DNA of 9,618 nt from Promethearchaeota archaeon (GTDB lineage Archaea; Asgardarchaeota; Odinarchaeia; Odinarchaeales; JBHLKK01): the NCBI GenBank assembly GCA_048939465.1, contig JBHLPL010000073.1, forward strand, positions 1 to 9,618, in the 5' to 3' direction. Position numbers and translations under genes: made by a program. Position 1 is the stretch's first letter, and each line of letters begins with the position of its first letter. This document shows positions 1-7,210 of the stretch, one piece after another. The notes beneath the pieces were generated by a model. That model was given only the letters and a program-made list of their open reading frames with translations, was not told the DNA's origin and did no database searches.

Positions 1-2043
1 GGGATAACTAATCTGAGTCAAGTGGCAGCTTTGGATAATGACACTCAAAGCCCGTGGCCAGGAGGAGAGCCTGACTCTGTAGAAAACGGTGGCGGTAATT
101 ACACTGTAGAGCTTTTCACCACCGGTATGACAGGAGGTAACTACACAGTCAAGATCTATTTGCTGAAGCCTGGCTTTGAACCTGGAGTAGTTTATGTCAA
201 TCTAACTCTTACAGGAACCCCTACCCTCATGACCATCCTAAGCGGAGCCGATAACTCATCCGGTTTCTGGGAGACACATAATGATACAAACCCGTATGTT
301 AATGATACCCGAAAGAAGATTGAATTCTCATATAAGAACAATGTGACGGGGGAGGGGCTGGAGCACGGAATTGTTACAGCATCTTTCAAGTATCCTAATG
401 GAACACAGGTACCGGGTAAGGAGAGTCTAGCTTGGCAGGATATGTTTCTGATATCAAATCAAGCACCCGAGTACAAAGGCATCTACAGGGTCCAACTTGA
501 CACCATTGGACTGCATGTAGGGAATTACACTCTGACAATCAGAGTTCAAAGGCAATGGTATCTATCAAGTGAAACTGATATCGTTGTTCATGTGGACCCG
601 ATTCCATCGAGGCTTTTAGTTACCGTGAGAACCGCCGAAGATGGAAACTTAACTGTTTATGAAGATGAATTGTTCGAACTGACGGTAATCTTTTACGATA
701 CATTTCAGGGAAAGAACATTGTTGATGGCAGTGTTAACTGCTCACACGGAGAAGTCAATTATACCTTAGACGAGGAGTCTTTTGGTTCCCTAAAAACGGG
801 AGTTTACAGAAAAGAGATGAATTCAAGTGATCCCGATTTAAACCTGACCAGCGGGAATAACTCAATACTGATTAGGGGTAACGCTACGGATTATGAGAAT
901 GCTAATTATAATCTAGTAATACCTTTCCGTCTCAGATCCGATGCCAGTTTGATTCTCTCTGCGCTTCCTACGGAGATAATGGTTGGCGAGGATTTGATTG
1001 TAGAAGCGACTCTGACATTTGAAGATGGAAGTCTTAATGTTACAGGTAAAAAGATCGAATTCTTGTATTGGTTCGATGGGGAGCAAAAACCAGTAGTTGA
1101 TAGTTACACAAATGCAGATGGAAAAGCCTCTTTGACCATAACAGCACCAGTAGGTGTGACCAGGATTCAGGTAACAGCGATCTATGATGCTGAAGAAGAC
1201 AGATATGCAAATCCGACTTCCAGTGAAGCCTACACCTCATCAGGGAAAGACTATGTTTTGGTTACCACCGTTTTGGGTAAGATACTCGGAATTTCTCCAT
1301 TCCTTGGAGCAGGAGCTTTGGCAGCAGTTGCTGCAGGCTTTTCATACCGGCAATTTGTTATTGTTCCCAAAAGAAAAAGAAGATTGGCCGCCATGGAAAA
1401 GGTCGCTGAGACATTCAGTAATTTAAGAAATATTCAGGACATATTAATTCTTGAGAAACAAAGCGGGCTGGTCCTGTTTGAGCGGCCTTTTAGAGAGAAG
1501 CCTTTCAACCCAGACCTATTTGGCGGCTTCATTCAGGCGATTTCTTCGTTTGGAGGGGAAATCTCCGATGCAGAAGATGTTTCTTTGCAGGAACTGACCT
1601 ACAGAAACTTCAGAATCCTTTTGAACGATGGGGAATATGTGAGAGTCGCGTTGATTCTTTCAGGCAGACCAACGGAGACGCTTTTAGTAAAACTTAAGCT
1701 TTTCACAGCCGCCTTTGAGGAAACATACCGCAAGCAAATCTCAGAATTCAATGGTTCCGTCGAGGCCTTTGATCGCGCATTTGATATCGTGGACGATATC
1801 TTTGAGCTCACGCTCATACTGCCCCACAAAATCCCAATAGAAACAACAATGGCAACAGATCTTACACCCCTTCAGAAGGACTTGGTAAGATTAACAAAAG
1901 AACTACTCAAGGGCAAGGATTACTTCTATCCAAATGAGCTCATATCTTTCGCCATGACGGTGAGAAAAGAAACCATGCTGGAGATAGCTGAGGCAGTGTA
2001 TTATCTGGTTAGAAATAGATACTTTGTTCCAATAATTCTCTGA
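1..2043 (+). CDS. Large single-pass membrane protein (5'-truncated): sequon-rich beta-sandwich repeat ectodomain, TM helix, cytoplasmic longin-like domain, C-terminal winged-helix-like domain
   Basis: The frame is open from base 1 (GITNLSQVAAL...), so the GTG at 22 is probably not the true start. There are 19 N-x-S/T sequons before the TM segment ILGISPFLGAGALAAVAAGFSY (~1282-1347), which is followed by the basic stop-transfer cluster KRKRR (1369-1383). The cytoplasmic part (ILILEKQSGLVLF...LFGGFIQAISSFGGEI...FEETY...FNGSVEAF) resembles Asgard longin-like domains. Confidence 0.85.
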   Translation, partial: GITNLSQVAALDNDTQSPWPGGEPDSVENGGGNYTVELFTTGMTGGNYTVKIYLLKPGFEPGVVYVNLTLTGTPTLMTILSGADNSSGFWETHNDTNPYVNDTRKKIEFSYKNNVTGEGLEHGIVTASFKYPNGTQVPGKESLAWQDMFLISNQAPEYKGIYRVQLDTIGLHVGNYTLTIRVQRQWYLSSETDIVVHVDPIPSRLLVTVRTAEDGNLTVYEDELFELTVIFYDTFQGKNIVDGSVNCSHGEVNYTLDEESFGSLKTGVYRKEMNSSDPDLNLTSGNNSILIRGNATDYENANYNLVIPFRLRSDASLILSALPTEIMVGEDLIVEATLTFEDGSLNVTGKKIEFLYWFDGEQKPVVDSYTNADGKASLTITAPVGVTRIQVTAIYDAEEDRYANPTSSEAYTSSGKDYVLVTTVLGKILGISPFLGAGALAAVAAGFSYRQFVIVPKRKRRLAAMEKVAETFSNLRNIQDILILEKQSGLVLFERPFREKPFNPDLFGGFIQAISSFGGEISDAEDVSLQELTYRNFRILLNDGEYVRVALILSGRPTETLLVKLKLFTAAFEETYRKQISEFNGSVEAFDRAFDIVDDIFELTLILPHKIPIETTMATDLTPLQKDLVRLTKELLKGKDYFYPNELISFAMTVRKETMLEIAEAVYYLVRNRYFVPIIL
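94..897 (+). repeat. Three degenerate protein-level repeats in the ectodomain (Ig-like/beta-sandwich units)
   Basis: GNYTVELFTTGMTGGNYTVKIYLLKPGFE (94-180), GIYRVQLDTIGLHVGNYTLTIRVQRQWY (478-561) and GVYRKEMNSSDPDLNLTSGNNSILIRGNATDYE (799-897) share G-x-Y-x-x-x-h...GN-x-[TS]-h-x-I...[YF]. Confidence 0.65.
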
Positions 2044-2076
2044 GGATTACCTCACAAATGGGTAATCTGTCTTTTT
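2044..2076 (+). terminator. Hairpin plus T-tract after the membrane-protein stop codon, in the convergent intergenic gap
   Basis: GATTACC (2045-2051) and GGTAATC (2061-2067) form a perfect 7-bp inverted repeat with a 9-nt loop, followed by TGTCTTTTT (T5 at 2072-2076). Confidence 0.55.
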
Positions 2077-2118
2077 ATAACGCCTTCAACTTCGAAGAAG
2101 ACATATCTACTATTGGAA

Positions 2119-3111
2119 TCATTTTTCGGAATGGGCAAGATGATTCTTTATTATTTCGAGGGCTTTCGACATGCCCTTCTTCAAATTCTTTGTACCGTTA
2201 CAGCCCGCAGCAGTAGGATGCCCTCCTCCCTCACCACCGATTATCGGACCCACAGGAATCATGACATGCTTTCCAAGATGCAAGCCCGTGCTCTTATACA
2301 CTTTTGTTCTGGACCTTCCACTTATCCGTACTACTTTGTCCTGTTCAGCCCCAACGATGGCTATATCTGCACCGATGTCGATAAGAGCTCTACAAGCGCT
2401 CGCTTCATATGCACTTACTCTAGAGGTTGCAACAATCCAGTCATCAATTCTATGAAGTTTCATCCTTTGGGCAGCTTTGAAACGAGCAGTTCTTTCAGAA
2501 TTATCTAAAGGCGTCTGAAGCATTGAAATAGCTTTAGCATAATTCGCGCCGTGAGCTATTAGCTGAACCACGTTAAGAAACGTATCTTTGCTAGTAATAA
2601 GGAAACGTCGTGAGTCGTAAACCATCGCGGCTAGCAGAGCAAACGCCTCGCTTGAGGTGATTCTTACTCCCGCTTCTCGATATAGACGACAGATTATCTC
2701 CGCAGTTGAATTGCATTTCTCGTCTAATAGCTGAAGAGCGGCTATCTCATGTGCTTGGGGGTGGGGAGTATGGTGATCAATTATTACGATTGGTGCTTCC
2801 AGATTTTCCAGACTTTCTTTCAATGCACCAAGTTGCGCAACATTATTTGTGTCCACCAGAAACACTATGCCAAAGTCTCGTGAAGGAATCTCAGCCTTCA
2901 GATCAATTTTTAGATAATCAGTAAATTTCTTCGAAACCTTATTTTGGCTCTCAGCAACCAGCTCCGTTTTAACCTTTGAAAACTTCTTGCTCAGAAGGTT
3001 CGCAAGTGCAAATGCGCTCAGGACAGCATCGGGATCTGCATTTTGATGACATAAAAGCAACGCGTTTTTTGGCTTTAATTTGTCCAACAGTCTCTTCAGC
3101 TTCTTGAACAC
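2119..3111 (-). CDS. DHH/DHHA1 family phosphoesterase (NrnA-like nanoRNase/pAp phosphatase candidate)
   Basis: Motifs CHQNADPDA (I), LVDTNN (II), IIDHH (III), YDSRRF (IV) and C-terminal GGGHPTAAG (DHHA1). GTG start with GAGGGA 9 nt upstream. Overlaps the upstream gene by 16 nt. Confidence 0.9.
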   Translation of the reverse strand: MFKKLKRLLDKLKPKNALLLCHQNADPDAVLSAFALANLLSKKFSKVKTELVAESQNKVSKKFTDYLKIDLKAEIPSRDFGIVFLVDTNNVAQLGALKESLENLEAPIVIIDHHTPHPQAHEIAALQLLDEKCNSTAEIICRLYREAGVRITSSEAFALLAAMVYDSRRFLITSKDTFLNVVQLIAHGANYAKAISMLQTPLDNSERTARFKAAQRMKLHRIDDWIVATSRVSAYEASACRALIDIGADIAIVGAEQDKVVRISGRSRTKVYKSTGLHLGKHVMIPVGPIIGGEGGGHPTAAGCNGTKNLKKGMSKALEIIKNHLAHSEK

Positions 3112-3407
3112 CGTGTGATTTCCCTCAGTTTTTCTTCTATGGCTCCAAATGCTATATCCACAGCTTCTTGGGCTAGCGAATCACTGTCAAGTCGGCTGAA
3201 AGGAGAGAGTTCAATATTGACCAAGATGTCAATATTCAACTCTTCATCGTATGATGTTTCGATTGTTATGTCGAGTCCTGCTATTTCCCGCTTTGATGTT
3301 CTTTGGTGTATATATTTGCGCGCGGCTGCTTCACTCATCAGACATAGGTGTTCAATCTGTTCGGGAGTCAATTTTGGTAAATTCATTCTTTTGGATTTCA
3401 TTCTCAT
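3096..3407 (-). CDS. DUF3194-like conserved archaeal protein
   Basis: LTPEQIEHLCLMSEAAARKYI...LDITIE...IDILVNIEL...LAQEAVDIAFGAIEEKL pattern, and its usual position right after pfdB. Start moved from the ORF-track position 3467 (inside pfdB) to the ATG at 3407, 4 nt after the pfdB stop; the ATG at 3401 is also possible. Confidence 0.75.
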   Translation of the reverse strand: MRMKSKRMNLPKLTPEQIEHLCLMSEAAARKYIHQRTSKREIAGLDITIETSYDEELNIDILVNIELSPFSRLDSDSLAQEAVDIAFGAIEEKLREITRCSRS

Positions 3408-3411
3408 CTCT

Positions 3412-3777
3412 TCAGGAAGCGCCTGCCCCTCGTCTTTCCAATTTTGCCTGGAGCTTCGTGGTAGCATCCTGAATCTGCTTTCTGAGCTGCTCTTCCTGTC
3501 TCTTTAGGGTCTTCACACGGATTTCCAGAGTCTCTTTCTGATCAGATAGTTCCTTCTTGGTGGGATCTCGATCAACTTTTATCAAAAGAGTTCCTACAGA
3601 CTTATAGACTGTTGTGTCAGCATCTATGTTTTCGAGTTCTGTCAGTGCTCGCTCTGTTTCCCTTAATTGGAGTTCGGATTGATTCCTTTGAGCAGCTATA
3701 AGTTCGTACTGTTGCTGCATTTGTTGAAGACGTAGAATCTCTTGCTGCATTTGAGGTGGTAATTCACCTACGGACAT
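3412..3777 (-). CDS. pfdB: Prefoldin beta subunit
   Basis: ELPPQMQQEILRLQQMQQQ...ELENIDADTTVYKSVGTLLIKVD...LEIRVKTLKRQE: coiled coil, beta-hairpin, coiled coil. SD GAGGT 7 nt before the ATG. Confidence 0.95.
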   Translation of the reverse strand: MSVGELPPQMQQEILRLQQMQQQYELIAAQRNQSELQLRETERALTELENIDADTTVYKSVGTLLIKVDRDPTKKELSDQKETLEIRVKTLKRQEEQLRKQIQDATTKLQAKLERRGAGAS

Positions 3778-3782
3778 TGAAC

Positions 3783-4034
3783 TTACCTCTTTTTCATCAA
3801 ATATAGGTTTTCGATCAGTTTAAACCAACGAAGATATGTATTAACTATAGCCCTCAACGCTGTTACATCTTTGGCTTCAACTCTTAGGTTTAGTGTACGA
3901 CCTCTTTTTATAAGTATTGTTTTTGCTCTGCTGCTCGATGAAGTGGGAAGTTCCGGAAGGACCGCAAGGTAGGCCACCTTAGTGGAATCCTCGTCAGGAA
4001 AAGTAACTTCAATGGCAGCATGTACCTCTGACGT
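3783..4034 (-). CDS. pcc1: KEOPS complex subunit Pcc1 (apparent ACG start)
   Basis: The C-terminal LRVEAKDVTALRAIVNTYLRW is the Pcc1 signature. The frame extends upstream of the ORF-track GTG (3977) as (T)SEVHAAIEVTFPDEDSTKVAYLAVLPE, which matches the Pcc1 N-terminal strand and helix. It is bounded by TAA at 4037-4035, and the first codon is ACG (4034-4032), giving 83 aa. The gene call is strong; the start is inferred. Confidence 0.85.
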   Translation of the reverse strand, partial: TSEVHAAIEVTFPDEDSTKVAYLAVLPELPTSSSSRAKTILIKRGRTLNLRVEAKDVTALRAIVNTYLRWFKLIENLYLMKKR

Positions 4035-4037
4035 TTA

Positions 4038-4604
4038 CTACTCCCCCTCTTTAGTGTCGGCTACCCTCCTAGCGCACAGAACGGGTCCCAGTTCCTGCAG
4101 AGTAGGAATCTCGATAAATTCGAGAATTGCAGGATAGTTGTGAGATTTACTAATAAAAAGCGCAATATTCCCGCTTTCTGAAAGACCAGGTCTTAGTTTA
4201 CCAGGATAAACTGAAGAGTTGAGGTGGTTGGCTAGCTGGTTGGCCAATTTCCCAATTGTGGATGTTGTCTGATGTTCATGGGTTATCACCAATTTTGGTC
4301 TGGCCGGAGCCCGACGCTTCTCAATCTCTCTTCTGAGAACAACCTTACCCAGCAGTAGTTCGGGAGGTACAAAATTGTAACCTTTCGAGGTTACAGACAG
4401 AAAGGACACTTTACTAGGATTACCCCTAAAAGTATCAATGACAATAGCGATCCTGGAATCCAATTCAATCGTTTTTAAGGCGAGCTCGTACATGCTCATC
4501 TTCCCGCGACTGACTCGTATGGCATCTGGAATTACTCGAGCAAGATCATTACATAGAGTCCTTGTGCGTCTCGCTGGACGGTGGGATGTTGTAATCAGAG
4601 GCAC
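4038..4604 (-). CDS. Brix/Imp4-domain ribosome biogenesis protein
   Basis: N-terminal LITTSHRPARRTRTLCNDLARVIP...RGKMS and C-terminal ELGP motif, in the conserved position between rpl37ae and pcc1. GTG start; ends in tandem TAG TAA. Confidence 0.88.
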   Translation of the reverse strand: MPLITTSHRPARRTRTLCNDLARVIPDAIRVSRGKMSMYELALKTIELDSRIAIVIDTFRGNPSKVSFLSVTSKGYNFVPPELLLGKVVLRREIEKRRAPARPKLVITHEHQTTSTIGKLANQLANHLNSSVYPGKLRPGLSESGNIALFISKSHNYPAILEFIEIPTLQELGPVLCARRVADTKEGE

Positions 4605-4623
4605 CGTTTACCCAGACCTGCTA

Positions 4624-4902
4624 TTATTCGGTTTCCGCCTTTTCTTGCATTCTCTTCCCCATACGGGCAGCCATTTTTCCAGCATCAGTTTGGGGTATCC
4701 AGGCCCCTCCTGCGAATGAAAATCCACACTTTTTGCATATCCATATACCTACGCTTGCTCGACGGAGGGCTTTCGTTTTGCATTGAGGACAAGCGTAGGG
4801 AGCCTTAAGCTTTTTCTCGATGGTATGTACTCTCTTCCTTAGGGTCGAGCCGTATCTTACACCAAATCTGGCAGTAGAACCTGTTTTCTTCGTTCGTCCC
4901 AA
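4624..4902 (-). CDS. rpl37ae: 50S ribosomal protein L37ae (eL43)
   Basis: GRTKKTGSTARFGVRYGSTLRKRV and the C4 zinc finger CPQC...WICKKC. The TTG at 4902 is preferred as start because SD GAGGGTG lies 6 nt upstream and homologues begin M-G/A-R-T-K-K. The ATG at 4926 (ATGA overlap with rrp42) is the alternative. Confidence 0.95.
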   Translation of the reverse strand: MGRTKKTGSTARFGVRYGSTLRKRVHTIEKKLKAPYACPQCKTKALRRASVGIWICKKCGFSFAGGAWIPQTDAGKMAARMGKRMQEKAETE

Positions 4903-4922
4903 TATTTTCACCCTCTGAGATC

Positions 4923-5729
4923 TCATCTTTTGGGCAGCTTTTTTGATAGTTCTTTGGCCTTTTTGACCCCAATCTCAATAGCATTTATGGCATCTTCATA
5001 AGGTAAGGCCCCAGTCCCACCTTTTTGGATGGAAGTTACATTCCCATCTTTGTCCACTGAGATCGTGATTCTCCCGTCCATAATGAGTTCCTCCTTCAAG
5101 ATGGGATCTACAGCGAATAAGTTGTTAATTCTAGCCATAGTAATCGATACGACTTCGTTCTCGATCGGAAGAGGTTCTGATTCGTCTAATACTGTTACTT
5201 CGTCTCCATCGACCTTCACTTTTGGAATTCTGGCCGTTAACAGTGCAGACACAGCTGCCAAGGTGGAAGCATCAAATAGATTTCCGTCATAGTCCAAAGC
5301 GTAGACATCGACAAATATAATCCAGACCTTCTCTCCGGGGATTATGCATAGTTTTTCTTTGTTAACAATCTCGGCATGTCTTATCCCTCGATCAACAACG
5401 CGTGCAACTTCGATGGAATTCTCGTCAGGAGGGCCGAATTCAAACATTGGAGAAGCAAGTGGGGTCAATTCTGCATTGACCGTGACGACCCCGCTGTCGG
5501 GCGTGTCGGAATACGGCGATCCAATGTCTACCTTCACTCCCGCAACAACCTGAGTTTTACCCAATGTGACTCTTGCGGAGCCCTCAGCCTTTTCAACAAC
5601 ACCGGTTTCGATAGTGATTTCACGATAATCTTCAATTGAACGTCCATCTATTCTTTTTCCTTTGGCAAGTTCAGAGAGAATTCTTTTCTTCTCGATTTCT
5701 GAGACGATTCTGTACAGATTCTCGCTCAT
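4923..5729 (-). CDS. rrp42: Exosome complex RNase PH-like subunit Rrp42
   Basis: GKRIDGRSIEDYR...GSARVTLGKTQVVAGVK...PYSDTPDSG...ARVVDRGIR...DYDGNLFDA...IQKGG. SD GGAGG; ATGA overlap with rrp41. Confidence 0.96.
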   Translation of the reverse strand: MSENLYRIVSEIEKKRILSELAKGKRIDGRSIEDYREITIETGVVEKAEGSARVTLGKTQVVAGVKVDIGSPYSDTPDSGVVTVNAELTPLASPMFEFGPPDENSIEVARVVDRGIRHAEIVNKEKLCIIPGEKVWIIFVDVYALDYDGNLFDASTLAAVSALLTARIPKVKVDGDEVTVLDESEPLPIENEVVSITMARINNLFAVDPILKEELIMDGRITISVDKDGNVTSIQKGGTGALPYEDAINAIEIGVKKAKELSKKLPKR

Positions 5730-6508
5730 TTCGAATCTCCTCCAGTTTTTCCATTGTCATCTTCTGCAACTCTCTCCCGAATCTGAGTGTATCTTCTCCT
5801 CAGTGCGTCTCTCTGTAATTCATAGATTTCGTTTATACCTTTTGTCGCCATCTTTAGCCCCTCTTTGAGTTCTTCGACTGTTAATTGGCCGTCCATCTGA
5901 AAGAGGGTTATTTCCTTTTTACGAGGCATCATGGCGATAGGTACGTCAGCCTCTCCATATTTGTCTTCAGAGTCGCTCAAGTCAAGTATCATTTGTCCGT
6001 CTGCTTTACCTATAGCAACAGCAGACGTTAGATCTCTTAGAGGAATCCCTGCATCAGCTAGAGCCAAAGATGCACAGTTGATTGATGTGCAGCGTGTTCC
6101 TCCGTCAGCTTCCAAAACCTCGACGAAAACGTCAACAACAGTTCTTGGATATTGCTCTAGGAATGTCGAGGGCAGTAGAGCGTTAGATAGAACCATGGAG
6201 AGTTCAATTTCGCGTCTGCTTGGCGCCGGACTTTTTCTCTCAGAAACGGAGAAGGGCGTCATTCGGTATATACATCTTAAAACTGCCCTATCGGGCAGAG
6301 CAAGGTGTCTGGGGTGGATCTCTCGTGGACCATAAACAGCAACTAATATCTTATTCTTTCCTTGTTCCGTATAGGCAGAGCCATTAGCCTGCCATAAAAT
6401 CCCCACTTCAACCTTTATTGGACGCAGTTCATCTGCCTTCCTTCCATCTATCCTTATACCTTTCTTGTCAACCAGTGTCTCCGGTTGACTATTCCTTTTC
6501 AATGTCAT
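5726..6508 (-). CDS. rrp41: Exosome complex phosphorolytic exoribonuclease Rrp41
   Basis: RIDGRKADELRP, GSAY, VYGPRE, PSRRE, ADGGTR (phosphate-binding) and EDKYGEAD (catalytic Asp region) are all intact. SD GAGGT; ATGA overlap with rrp4. Confidence 0.97.
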   Translation of the reverse strand: MTLKRNSQPETLVDKKGIRIDGRKADELRPIKVEVGILWQANGSAYTEQGKNKILVAVYGPREIHPRHLALPDRAVLRCIYRMTPFSVSERKSPAPSRREIELSMVLSNALLPSTFLEQYPRTVVDVFVEVLEADGGTRCTSINCASLALADAGIPLRDLTSAVAIGKADGQMILDLSDSEDKYGEADVPIAMMPRKKEITLFQMDGQLTVEELKEGLKMATKGINEIYELQRDALRRRYTQIRERVAEDDNGKTGGDSK

Positions 6509-7191
6509 TTTTCGCTACCTCTTTTTCCTTCTATTATTCTCTTTATACGGTCCGTAAGACCGGACGTATGAGATTCTCGTTCAATCAATCGAACGATCTG
6601 AATGAAAAGTTTCGCATCAGCTGGCTTACTACTAGAAAACCATACCAAGCCATTTTGTCCGATTTTTACTCTCTGACCTAGCTGATCTTTTATCATTTTG
6701 ATCATGGAGCCCCGGCGTCCAATCAGACGAGGGACTTTTGGGGGGGACATTTTTATGATTTGGCCACCGTGAAGCTTTCCTAGTCCTTCATTTCTTATTG
6801 TTATTGTGGGGTCACGGCTTCTGTCGAATGAAATTACTTCTCCGACTACGAAGTCACCCACCTTGAATTCCGTTCTGATGGGTTCTCTCATGCTCCTACC
6901 GCGAGGCCGTTCTATCGGAAGTTTTCCGAGATAAGGCGAATTTATGTCAAGCCTTATGCTTACGGGAGAAAGGGAAACAATCTTCCCCAGCACAATATCT
7001 CCCACTTTTGGGTAATAGAAGCCTTCTAGTGGAACTACATATACTGTGTTTCCCCTTATCTCAGCAAGACCAACTGCTGAGGCGAATATCTTCCCATTTT
7101 CTTTGAATGCCCCTTCGCCTGCTCGAAAGCTGTTTTCAGACAGCAGTTCGCCAGGGACAACTATTTGATGTTTCTCAAAATGAACAGACAA
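6505..7191 (-). CDS. rrp4: Exosome RNA-binding cap subunit Rrp4 (S1 + KH)
   Basis: IVVPGELL, YYPKVGDIVLGKI (S1), KVPRLIGRRGSMI (KH GxxG) and HTSGLTDRI. The TTG at 7191 is preferred (GGAGG 7 nt upstream); the ATG at 7209 is the alternative. Confidence 0.95.
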   Translation of the reverse strand: MSVHFEKHQIVVPGELLSENSFRAGEGAFKENGKIFASAVGLAEIRGNTVYVVPLEGFYYPKVGDIVLGKIVSLSPVSIRLDINSPYLGKLPIERPRGRSMREPIRTEFKVGDFVVGEVISFDRSRDPTITIRNEGLGKLHGGQIIKMSPPKVPRLIGRRGSMIKMIKDQLGQRVKIGQNGLVWFSSSKPADAKLFIQIVRLIERESHTSGLTDRIKRIIEGKRGSEK

Positions 7192-7210
7192 TAAAGAGCC
7201 TCCTTTCATA

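Noticed and set aside
22-24. GTG start of the 673-aa ORF
   Set aside because: The frame is open to base 1 and no signal peptide follows, so the gene almost certainly starts upstream of the window.
3408-3467. ORF-track N-terminal extension of the DUF3194-like gene
   Set aside because: It lies inside the pfdB coding sequence; the ATG just after the pfdB stop is more parsimonious.
3908-4021. Out-of-frame ATG ORF (37 codons) over the pcc1 5' region, as an alternative start via frameshift
   Set aside because: Its product has no Pcc1 resemblance, and the Pcc1-like residues begin upstream of this ATG in the other frame.
3783-4604. Brix-Pcc1 fusion by stop-codon readthrough (the two genes are in the same frame)
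   Set aside because: They are separated by tandem TAG TAA. Even pyrrolysine decoding of TAG would stop at TAA, and both proteins are complete on their own.
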